In this document: positions 19,001 through 26,119 of the stretch, in pieces | How the letters are laid out: the number at the start of each line of letters is the position of its first letter | Numbering within the stretch: the first letter of the stretch is position 1 | Source of the DNA: an uncultured bacterium | GTDB lineage: Bacteria; Verrucomicrobiota; Kiritimatiellia; RFP12; UBA1067 | Assembly: GCA_902780865.1 (NCBI GenBank) | Contig: CACZHC010000011.1 | Location: 2,898-66,897 of the forward strand | Reading direction: 5' to 3' | DNA: 64,000 bases | Notes under the pieces: generated by a model | What the model saw: the letters and a program-made list of their open reading frames with translations, nothing else | Told to the model about the DNA's origin: nothing | The model's database searches: none | Translations under genes and position numbers: made by a program

Positions 19001-19270
19001 CGCCTCCGTGAGGCAGCTGGCCGAACCGTACCAGTAGGTCGTGACCGGGTTAGTCGCCGCGTCGTCGCCTGCAACGCGCTTGCACTTGTGGACGTCGGAG
19101 ATCATGGCAAACGAGATGTACTTGCGCTTGCCGGTCGCAGGATCGATCGGGTTCACCTGTTCGACTATCGTCATGATGTCCGACTTGAGTCCGGCCTCAA
19201 GCGTCGCGACATCGTCTCCGAAGGCCAGAAGCCCCGAAGTCAGCAGTACGGCAGAAACGAGTTTTTTCAT
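16019..19270 (-). CDS. large secreted metallophosphoesterase fused to Pmp-type (GGGI...N) beta-helix repeats
   Basis: The track ORF starts at 19276. The second ATG (19270, MKKLVSAVLL) is 6 nt after AAGGAG. Calcineurin-like motifs are present (ISDVHK, GGDLS, IDGNHE). The C-terminal half has repeated GGGIFASG/GGGIGIRG/GGGIAVTG/GGGIYIAQ ... GN(S/T)A units. Confidence 0.65.
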   Translation of the reverse strand: MKKLVSAVLLTSGLLAFGDDVATLEAGLKSDIMTIVEQVNPIDPATGKRKYISFAMISDVHKCKRVAGDDAATNPVTTYWYGSASCLTEAEQSIRLLGSVAVDAGLDAVINGGDLSTAPIYNGGAQDRGLTEAEYTNEIWNVKAMFDQHLPASVPLFTIDGNHERNYSLNGANMHMSDEAWAYVQTNFNTSAAAAHLQGVDITYHRDLPNAKLGSTTGHFTGNSYHLDFRRLLASGGPNVRIACVSLYDSATGGKSEYRAYDAAQFYDASGNLIDPALTPENTVMGMVAHGAEEKVSGSSGRGAAADLQCGYINGYTNPGSHDEPWNLGTHKGMGFFGLVAAHFHFTNEKEIASKADQDANPGNAVWASAISVASAYAVNCPSKPKSHELGTEAAYHFSIFVIDTDSNKLREVRLGGWSGTYPNPHEDPVVQLHDYNIRTASSSAQPVQTSPVLGTVTVTPAVTNATISGTISSLGSGATACDVYLALGASANTLGVATKIAEDATASFNYAISNLTAETTYYYSLSISNNAETVMGAVKSGNFTTGAEPVEPGPETHVHTWGDASYVWSADNATCTGSATCTVDSAHVTNETVTATYAVVQAATTEATGTGRYTAVFPGAPFATQTKDVTIPKVITPPQPGEGIQPGETAAETRQTIQEAIDAAVPTQGTVTLGNGLFDIDAQLNVTGGVTLVGQGWTNTTIRFAKTNSGSDNRVAYIADGSVVSHVAITGGKVDGNDKSGGGVYIDDGTVSWCCVTNNYAKRSYGGGGIFASGAGSVKIDHTIVAGNSAGTDFLNGVGGGIGIRGRSGLSVEIDSCLVYGNTAGASDRTSHGGGIAVTGVAASDSFTTVIRNTTVANNGVVGSGLGGGIYIAQGDTTLVNCIVSGNTAEAAATAGDADVAYKDATVASAVGAKTTTCLFGGTPLFVNAANGDYHLAATSPAIEAGTDYAGLEKDLDGKYFSYLKPAIGCYEYGEYGPRPADEWDIPGTNGGIKGLDDGQGGKFIAFTAIAYEGGMVAVGFRAAEIGANVGSTFGLLCKDNLDDAETFTLNATLTDVADALGELQAATSKSQLFVVGIGAAE

Positions 19271-19300
19271 TTGCATCTCCTTTTTTGTGGTGACGTCGAA

Positions 19301-19367
19301 AGTATAGCAGAAACGCAGATGTCGAACAATTATTCAGAGGTATACCCCCGCGTATACAAAGGTATAC
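19301..19367 (-). promoter_or_regulatory. promoter (TTGTTC-17-TATACT) with an upstream array of three GTATAC palindromes
   Basis: On the minus strand the -10 TGCTATACT is at 19309-19301 and the -35 TTGTTC at 19329-19324. GTATAC occurs at 19340-19345, 19352-19357 and 19362-19367. In my hand alignment, 37 of 44 positions are identical to 20533-20576. Confidence 0.6.
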
Positions 19368-20462
19368 TTACCGAACGAAAATCACAGCGCCGGACTTGCC
19401 GCCGATTTCCTCCACGTCGCCAGCCGTCAGGAAAGTAGAGCTCGCGACCGTCGCGTACTCCGCGGCAATCCAGTCCGCCGACGCGACAGCATTGAGAAGC
19501 CGGCATTCGTCGAACGAACCATCTGCACAATTTGAACCGCCGCCAGATTTGCTGCCAATGGAAAATGATTTTTCATTGTCAGTAGCCGCAGTAATGCTGT
19601 CTGAGCGAACAGAGAAATTGCCATTGGTATAAGCCGTAATCGTCGTCCCATCGTATACGAACGCCAAATGGACCCAATTATTATGTGTATCAGGAGTAAT
19701 TGATCCAGTGCATAAGTTTTTGTCTTCAGCAGCGCCACGCGCCTTGAACTGACCAAAACTGGACAGCTCTATTTCCCAACCGTCAGAATCCTTATAGCCA
19801 ACCTTACGCGAGAAAACACGCGGGCTGCTCCCATATCCAGTAAGGCGCACCCATCCCGAAACAGAGAATGTGTTGCCGACACTGAACGAATCGTAGCTTG
19901 CAATCGAGAGATAACTGGCCGAACTACCTGTCCCTGTCCTTCGGGCATGTCCGACTGGAGCATCGCTGCCACTATATCGATTGCTTTTTGTCGTGTCTGT
20001 ACCCGCCGGCATGGCCGTAAGTCCGTGGCCTGTCGCGTCGGCGACCGGGCCACTTGTCTCGTCCATGTGCCAGACACCGACGTAGTTCGCACCCGTCCAG
20101 GTGGCGGCAGGGTTGTTGATCGTATCGTCCGAACCGCAGAAGCACATCGTAAACGTCGTCGTTTTCGTTACCGACGGAACGAGGACCCAGACGAGCGAGG
20201 TACCAGAGATATCCCAAGTGTCGACTTCATGCGGAACGACATTGCCTCCAGAGTCCTTGAAAACCAAATTGGTAGTCGCGCCGAAATCAGCGTAGTCAAA
20301 GCCCTCAATGGCAGTGGAGAGCTTCACAAGGACGGGGAAATTTGCAATCGGTCCAGAACCTTGATAGCCAGAGGTCGTAAAAGTGATCGACTTCGTAAAA
20401 CCGCCAAATGCGGACACGACGCCAGCTACAGACAGCAACGAGAATAAAAAGAACTTTGCCAT
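19368..20462 (-). CDS. secreted DUF2341 + LamG lectin-like protein with C-terminal ...GGKSGAVIFVR tail
   Basis: The track ORF starts at 20480. I prefer ATG at 20462 (MAKFFLFSLLSVAGVVSAFG), 7 nt after GGAG. ANFPVLVKLS...LVFKDSGGNVVPHEVDTWDISGTSLVWVLVP matches the DUF2341 pattern. A LamG-like C-terminal half follows. Confidence 0.65.
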   Translation of the reverse strand: MAKFFLFSLLSVAGVVSAFGGFTKSITFTTSGYQGSGPIANFPVLVKLSTAIEGFDYADFGATTNLVFKDSGGNVVPHEVDTWDISGTSLVWVLVPSVTKTTTFTMCFCGSDDTINNPAATWTGANYVGVWHMDETSGPVADATGHGLTAMPAGTDTTKSNRYSGSDAPVGHARRTGTGSSASYLSIASYDSFSVGNTFSVSGWVRLTGYGSSPRVFSRKVGYKDSDGWEIELSSFGQFKARGAAEDKNLCTGSITPDTHNNWVHLAFVYDGTTITAYTNGNFSVRSDSITAATDNEKSFSIGSKSGGGSNCADGSFDECRLLNAVASADWIAAEYATVASSTFLTAGDVEEIGGKSGAVIFVR

Positions 20463-20509
20463 TGTGGTTCTCCTTTTCATTAATCTTGTTTGTGAGATAC
20501 GGCTGCACT

Positions 20510-20576
20510 ATTATAGAAAATGACGCCGCCTTGAACAATTATACAGCGGTATACAGCCGAGTATACGAATGTATAC
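20510..20576 (-). promoter_or_regulatory. promoter (TTGTTC-17-TATAAT) with GTATAC array, in the divergent region shared with the sensor kinase gene
   Basis: On the minus strand the -10 TATAAT is at 20515-20510 and the -35 TTGTTC at 20538-20533. TTATAC is at 20539-20544. GTATAC occurs at 20549-20554, 20561-20566 and 20571-20576, with 10/12/10 bp phasing. Confidence 0.6.
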
Positions 20577-20616
20577 CGAAGAATCGCAAGTATCGCATTG
20601 CGTAAGATACATTAAC

Positions 20617-20627
20617 TGTGGTATACT
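20617..20627 (+). promoter_or_regulatory. extended -10 (TGTGGTATACT) 9 nt upstream of the kinase ATG
   Basis: TGTGGTATACT lies at 20617-20627 and the ATG at 20637. There is no SD in between. Confidence 0.45.
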
Positions 20628-20636
20628 TTTTATCAA

Positions 20637-22754
20637 ATGCTTGTCTTCTCCATTTCCTGTGCGTTCCTGCTTGGAATCGCCGCCCCGGTGACGCCGTCCG
20701 GTTCGATGCTGCACAGCATCGCCGAGTTAAACGACTTCTCCGACGATCCAAGCCACCGCCATGCGCCGTTCTGCATCACTGGCACAGTTCAGGCGGTCAG
20801 CGCATCCCCCGACAACTATCTTGTCCTGAGCGACACAAGCGGCTGGGTTGAAATCTTCAATGCCTCATCATACCATCCCGCTCCTGGCGAGGAGATTGCA
20901 CTGACCGGTCAAGCACACATGTCTGCGCACCATGAGATACACATCGCCGCACAGAGCATAACGCATGTTGGAACGGGGTCCGTATCGCAGCCGACAGAGT
21001 TGTCCATACGGGACATCAGCGACGAAAAGCACCATCTGCACACAGTCATCACCGAAGGCACGGTTATCGACACGTTCCCAGACGAAATAGACTCCCACAA
21101 CCAGTTTCTCATTCTAAAGGACGAAGAAGACATCCTGCCTGTAGCGCTGCGCGTGAATCCCGGCGCCAATCCTGACCTCGAGTCCCTGCGCGACGCAAGG
21201 GTGCGGATCACCGGCCGTTTCCTGCGCACCGTCAGCGGCAGCCGCAAGTTCTCCGGCCCTTTCATCTACGTCGACGACCGTTCGTGCATCACAGTCGTCG
21301 CACCTGCCCTTGAAGACCCCTTCGCCGCGCCGCCGCTCGAAAAGGCCCTCTACAGGACTCCACGGGAAATCGCAAAGCGCGATAAGCGGACAGTCTCCGG
21401 CGAAGTCCTCGCCGTCTGGGGAGGAAACCAGCTTATGGTGCGGGCATCTGACGGACGCATCGTCAATGTCTCTCTCGCCCATGGACAAGCCGCCCCCAAC
21501 CCTGGCGAGACCGTAACCGCCTCCGGCTATCCAGAGACAGACCTCTTCCGCGTCAACCTATCCCGCGCGATGGTGCGTGTGGAGCCGCACGCCATCGCGC
21601 CACAGCAGGAATCCGCAATCACGGACGTCAAGTCAGTTTTCGACGGCAGCGGCGGGATGAACGCCATCGACCCCGCCAGTCACGGACGCCTGATGCGAAT
21701 CCAGGGCATTGTCCAAAGCGCCCCTTCGCCAAACGGCCCAGGTCGGTTGCTGCTCGCGTGCGGTTCTTTCAAGTTGATGGTCGACCTCGGCACGCATCCC
21801 GATGCCGCCGCGGACATCGCGCTCGGCACCAAGATAGAAGTCACCGGACGCTGTCTCCTCGAAATCGACAAATGGACCCCAGACGACATCTTCCCGCGGA
21901 TCAGAAATCTCGTCGTCGTCATTCGCACACCCGAGGACCTTCGGATAATCGCCCGCCCTCCATGGTGGACGCCGCTCAGGCTGCTCATCGTGATTTCCGT
22001 CCTCGTCGCCGCGCTGATCGGCGTATACATCTGGAACCGCATACTGCAAAAACTTGTCAACCAGCGCGGTCGCGAACTCTACCGCGAGCAGGTCGCGCAT
22101 GCAATAGCGGAGTTCAGGACTGACGAACGCACGCGACTCGCCGTCGAGCTGCACGACTCGCTCTCGCAGTCGCTCGCCGGCGTCGCCTGCCATGTCGCCG
22201 CAAGCGCAAAGACAATCGACAAAAATCCAACCGTCGCAAAGCGCTGCATCGAGACGGCGGACAAGATGCTCAACTCCTGCCGCACGGAACTGCGCCAATG
22301 CCTCTTCGACCTCAGGAGCGACACGCTGGAAGAGACGAACTTCTCCACGGCCATCAGCAGGACCCTCGACCAGCTCGACGGCAATGCCGCGATCAAGGTG
22401 CGCTTCAACGTCCCGCGCAGACGCCTCAAGGACACGACGGCACACGCCATTCTCGCCATTGTGCGGGAACTGACGGGCAATGCGATACGCCACGGCGCGG
22501 CGACTGAAGTCCTGGTCGCCGGCAGCATTGAGTCCGGGAGAATTCTCTTCTCCGTACGAGACAACGGAAGCGGCTTCGATCCCGAGAGCTGCGTCGGCCC
22601 TCTCCAGGGGCACTTCGGCATAGAGGGAATCAGAAACCGCCTCGAGAAGCTGAACGGAACCCTTTCCATCGATTCAACGCCAGGCGACGGAACAAGGGCC
22701 GTCGTCGTCATACCCCTTCCACCATCCCAAAATACGGAAGCACACACACCATGA
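20637..22754 (+). CDS. sensor histidine kinase (HisKA_3/NarX-LiaS type) with ~415-aa extracytoplasmic repeat domain
   Basis: 705-aa ORF. It has an N-terminal hydrophobic segment, a TM at WWTPLRLLIVISVLVAALIGVYIW, the H-box ELHDSLSQSLAG, and an HATPase region (RELTGNAIRHG, DNGSGFD, GHFGIEGIRNRL). Confidence 0.8.
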   Translation: MLVFSISCAFLLGIAAPVTPSGSMLHSIAELNDFSDDPSHRHAPFCITGTVQAVSASPDNYLVLSDTSGWVEIFNASSYHPAPGEEIALTGQAHMSAHHEIHIAAQSITHVGTGSVSQPTELSIRDISDEKHHLHTVITEGTVIDTFPDEIDSHNQFLILKDEEDILPVALRVNPGANPDLESLRDARVRITGRFLRTVSGSRKFSGPFIYVDDRSCITVVAPALEDPFAAPPLEKALYRTPREIAKRDKRTVSGEVLAVWGGNQLMVRASDGRIVNVSLAHGQAAPNPGETVTASGYPETDLFRVNLSRAMVRVEPHAIAPQQESAITDVKSVFDGSGGMNAIDPASHGRLMRIQGIVQSAPSPNGPGRLLLACGSFKLMVDLGTHPDAAADIALGTKIEVTGRCLLEIDKWTPDDIFPRIRNLVVVIRTPEDLRIIARPPWWTPLRLLIVISVLVAALIGVYIWNRILQKLVNQRGRELYREQVAHAIAEFRTDERTRLAVELHDSLSQSLAGVACHVAASAKTIDKNPTVAKRCIETADKMLNSCRTELRQCLFDLRSDTLEETNFSTAISRTLDQLDGNAAIKVRFNVPRRRLKDTTAHAILAIVRELTGNAIRHGAATEVLVAGSIESGRILFSVRDNGSGFDPESCVGPLQGHFGIEGIRNRLEKLNGTLSIDSTPGDGTRAVVVIPLPPSQNTEAHTP

Positions 22755-23377
22755 AAAAAGCGCCAATCAGAATCATGCTCGCCGACGACCACATGCTCAT
22801 GCGCATGGGACTCTCGACGCTTATCGACTGCGAAGACGACATGAAGATCGTAGGGGAAGCCAAGAACGGCCGCCAGGCAGTGGAGCTGGCACATGCGCTG
22901 AAACCCGACATCATCATCATGGACCTGATGATGCCGGAGCTAAGCGGCGCCGAGGCTACAAAGCTCATACACGACGCCTATCCTGAAATCAAGATAATGG
23001 TCCTGACATCCTTCGGTACTTCCAAGGAAATGTCCGATGCCATCATGAACGGCGCAGACGGCGCATTGATGAAAGACACTGCCGCAGACGAGCTTATCAA
23101 AACCATCCGCGCCATAGTCGCCGGAGAGCGCATAATCCCCGACCGCCTGATGAGGCAGGCGGCCGAAGACAACATAACCCCGAAGCTCTCCGACCGCCAC
23201 CTCGAGATACTGTCCTCAATCGCACAGGGCCAGTCAAACTCCGACATCGCCAAGCAATACGGTCTGTCGGAAATCTCGATCAAGAAGCAGGTCTCGAAGA
23301 TCTTCGCGCGCCTCGGCGTCTCAAACCGCTCCGAAGCCGTCGCTCTCGCCCTCAGGAAGCAGATGCTCAAGTCCTGA
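22751..23377 (+). CDS. NarL/FixJ (LuxR-HTH) family response regulator
   Basis: 208-aa ORF whose ATG overlaps the kinase stop (ATGA). The receiver domain is IRIMLADDHMLMR...DIIIMDLMMP. The LuxR HTH is LSDRHLEILSSIAQGQSNSDIAKQYGLSEISIKKQVSKIFARLGVSNRSEA. Confidence 0.85.
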   Translation: MKKAPIRIMLADDHMLMRMGLSTLIDCEDDMKIVGEAKNGRQAVELAHALKPDIIIMDLMMPELSGAEATKLIHDAYPEIKIMVLTSFGTSKEMSDAIMNGADGALMKDTAADELIKTIRAIVAGERIIPDRLMRQAAEDNITPKLSDRHLEILSSIAQGQSNSDIAKQYGLSEISIKKQVSKIFARLGVSNRSEAVALALRKQMLKS

Positions 23378-23379
23378 GT

Positions 23380-25995
23380 CTACCGCTCGATCTTGAACAG
23401 CCAAGTGTTGGGGCCATCCGTTTCAAGCATGAACTCCTTGGCCTTGTACCTCTCGTCCGAGAAAAGGTCGCGGACCGACCCTGTCATCATCGGCATGCGA
23501 ATCGTGTGCCTGCCGACCGCACCAGTGTGGAACATGAAAATGTCCCCATGCCGGCGAAAGTAATTTCCAGGCGCCGTGTACATCCACGCGCCGGCCTCCT
23601 TCAGCAGCGCCGCATACTCCTTCGGGGAACGCGGCGGTTCGGGAACGATGATGCTCTTCGACTTCCCGGCTGACAGTTTCTTCGCGAACGCCTTGCCTCC
23701 GCAGACCGGCTTCGCCTCGGGATCGCGGCATGCGATCTTCGGCTTGCGGGCGGCACCGGAGGCAGTAACGCCAGTCAGCGCAGACATCGCCGCATCGTCG
23801 AAACCGGAGTCCGTCACGCCACCGGCCGGGCCAATCCACACCGCCGACACGCCAGGCATGCGCGTCAACTTTATCAGCGTCGCGCGCTCTTCCTTGGTAA
23901 GATAAAACGCGTTGAGGAAGACGACCTTCTTGTACTTGCGAGGATTGGCGACGTAGTCCTCGAGCGTAAGCATGTCGAATGCAGCGCCGCTGCGATAGAG
24001 GTCAAGGAAGGACTTCTGGTAGAGAAGACGCGTGAACGAGGTGCAATCGCCACCGTCTTGGCGCAATCTCTCGCGCGGGCTCATCACGACGGCCACGTCG
24101 TTGCCGGACAGCATGGCCGGCGTTCCCGCCTTCTTCATCATCGTCTTTGCGTCCTCCAGCGCCTTGAACACCGCCGGATTGTCAAAGGCATGTGCACGCT
24201 GGCCGACGCCTTCCATCGGATCGTATAGCTGTATCCCGGCGCAGTCGAAGAACTGGTTCAGCCAGTTGCGGCGCATGTTCATCTCCGTCTCCCTCTCCGA
24301 CCGCGTGGCGTACTCCTGTCCGCTGTTCTTGATCCAGCGGTAGATGTGGTGGAATCGGCTGTCGTCCTCGACGAGAAGAATCTTGTCGAAGCGGCGGAAC
24401 GCCGACGGAATCGTCCTCGGCACATAGCTGGCCCCAGAGAGGCGGGCGCATGCGGCGTGGAACGGCGGACTCGAGAGGAAGTCGATGTCAGGGCTCGAGA
24501 GCACCTTGTCGAGCAGGACGTTCGTCCCTTCCGGGGCGTCAGTCGTGAAAAGATAGCCGTAGAACGCGCCGACCAGCCGCCCCGGGAAGAGGCGCCGCGT
24601 CTCGCCCGCCATTGCCAGCAGGAGATCGGCCGTCACGTTCGCGTGGCAGTCGTAGTAGTCAAGCACAAGCCTGTCCTTGACCGGATCAAGCAGATCGCAA
24701 CCCTCGTGGCGGCGCATTGCCGCCGTTGGGATCTTCGCGTCGGATACGCCGCGCTTCGCCTGCATGTACGCGCGGAACTTCTCCTGCATCCTGAGGCCGG
24801 TGTCGGGCGCCTCGAACATTCCGTAGCAGTGCCACTCGCCGTAGACACCGCACATAGGACGGACGCCTATCACGCGCTTGGACCACGGCTGCTTGTTGAC
24901 GTACTCGGCGAGCTCTCGGATCATCTGGAGCGAGAGTTCGCGGAACTTGCCGCTTGCCATCGAAGGCCTTACTGGGCGTCCTAGGCGGTCGTCGTCGCTC
25001 TTCGGGTCTGCCGGGCCCGTGGCGTATCCGACCTGCTCGGTTGGGTTGCGCATCGCCCACTCCCGCATTCCGAAGCGAAGCCCCAGCATCAGATAGGCGC
25101 CGGGATTGAGGCTAAGCACGCGCCGCGCCGCATTGTCCACTTCGGTGAATATGCATGGTTCGCCATCGCCATTGTAGAAATTCTCCATGCCAAGATCCAA
25201 CTCGACAATCTTGAATCCCGCCTCTCCAAACCTGACAATCGCGCTGTCACGATAGGCATCCCCGGGATCGCAACGATTGATGACAGCATCGTGCAGCGAT
25301 CCGTTGATCTCGATCTTGGGCTGAATTCCGCGGTAGACTACTTTCGCGACAGGATTCGGCTCGTCGGAGAGCCCTTCTGGCAGAACCCTGGTAGACGCCT
25401 CGATTTCCATCAGGCTGTCGTACTCCTCTGGCGTTGTGAACCTGCGCCTAAGGTCGTTATTCAGCGACCAGGGCTTGCCAAGGACATCTCCGCATATCTT
25501 TACTCTTGGCCACGCAGAATCGTCGAAGCCCGGACGCTCCCATCCGGCTTTTGGCTCCTTCACCGTGCCCCTGACCGCGGGACCGCTGTGTATGTAGCAC
25601 CTGGTACCGCTGGCGTCCTCGCACGAAACCATGTAGATGGCGGCGGAAGCGTAGAAGTCGTTGACCAGGCATATGGCTATCGTGTTTGTGCCCGCATGGA
25701 GATGACCCGCCACATCTCCCGCGCGCTCCACCTGCGTACCGTTCACGTACACCGTCCCGTCATCGTCGAGATAGAAGTCAAACTTCGCCTTCGCCGGCTT
25801 TACAGGCAGTATGAAGGTGTGTCTGTAGTACGAGACGATGCCGTTGGTAACCGATCCGTCCGCCGCCCACACAAGCTTCGACTTGCTGACGGTACCCTCA
25901 GGAATCTCCAGCACCCCAGGCGCAAAAGCGTACCCGAACACGCTCGGCATAGCCAGCGCGGCTAGAAGCATCAAAAATAACCTTGTCACTCTCAT
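23380..25995 (-). CDS. secreted GH42-like putative glycoside hydrolase with N-terminal beta-sandwich (paralog 1)
   Basis: 871-aa ORF with a signal peptide. It is homologous along most of its length to 26120..29092 (e.g. VIGVRPMCGVYGEWHCYGMFEAPDTGLRMQEKF vs VIGVRPCWGIYTEWHMYGMDQGPDTGLRMTEAF; VLSSPDIDFLSSP vs VLSSPDVDFMSNP). Confidence 0.55.
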   Translation of the reverse strand: MRVTRLFLMLLAALAMPSVFGYAFAPGVLEIPEGTVSKSKLVWAADGSVTNGIVSYYRHTFILPVKPAKAKFDFYLDDDGTVYVNGTQVERAGDVAGHLHAGTNTIAICLVNDFYASAAIYMVSCEDASGTRCYIHSGPAVRGTVKEPKAGWERPGFDDSAWPRVKICGDVLGKPWSLNNDLRRRFTTPEEYDSLMEIEASTRVLPEGLSDEPNPVAKVVYRGIQPKIEINGSLHDAVINRCDPGDAYRDSAIVRFGEAGFKIVELDLGMENFYNGDGEPCIFTEVDNAARRVLSLNPGAYLMLGLRFGMREWAMRNPTEQVGYATGPADPKSDDDRLGRPVRPSMASGKFRELSLQMIRELAEYVNKQPWSKRVIGVRPMCGVYGEWHCYGMFEAPDTGLRMQEKFRAYMQAKRGVSDAKIPTAAMRRHEGCDLLDPVKDRLVLDYYDCHANVTADLLLAMAGETRRLFPGRLVGAFYGYLFTTDAPEGTNVLLDKVLSSPDIDFLSSPPFHAACARLSGASYVPRTIPSAFRRFDKILLVEDDSRFHHIYRWIKNSGQEYATRSERETEMNMRRNWLNQFFDCAGIQLYDPMEGVGQRAHAFDNPAVFKALEDAKTMMKKAGTPAMLSGNDVAVVMSPRERLRQDGGDCTSFTRLLYQKSFLDLYRSGAAFDMLTLEDYVANPRKYKKVVFLNAFYLTKEERATLIKLTRMPGVSAVWIGPAGGVTDSGFDDAAMSALTGVTASGAARKPKIACRDPEAKPVCGGKAFAKKLSAGKSKSIIVPEPPRSPKEYAALLKEAGAWMYTAPGNYFRRHGDIFMFHTGAVGRHTIRMPMMTGSVRDLFSDERYKAKEFMLETDGPNTWLFKIER

Positions 25996-26037
25996 CTCAA
26001 TCCAGATTCTCTCCTGTCCCGAGAAAAATTGGGCGGT

Positions 26038-26082
26038 ATTTTACCATTTGGTCGTTTGCAAGGCAACTATACCAATGTATAC
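26038..26082 (-). promoter_or_regulatory. promoter (TTGCCT-17-TAAAAT) abutted by CTATAC/GTATAC sites
   Basis: On the minus strand the -10 is at 26043-26038 and the -35 at 26066-26061. CTATAC is at 26067-26072 and GTATAC at 26077-26082, 10 bp apart. Confidence 0.5.
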
Positions 26083-26119
26083 ACCTCAAGCAGCACTGAG
26101 AGTCCTTTCTGAGCGAAAA

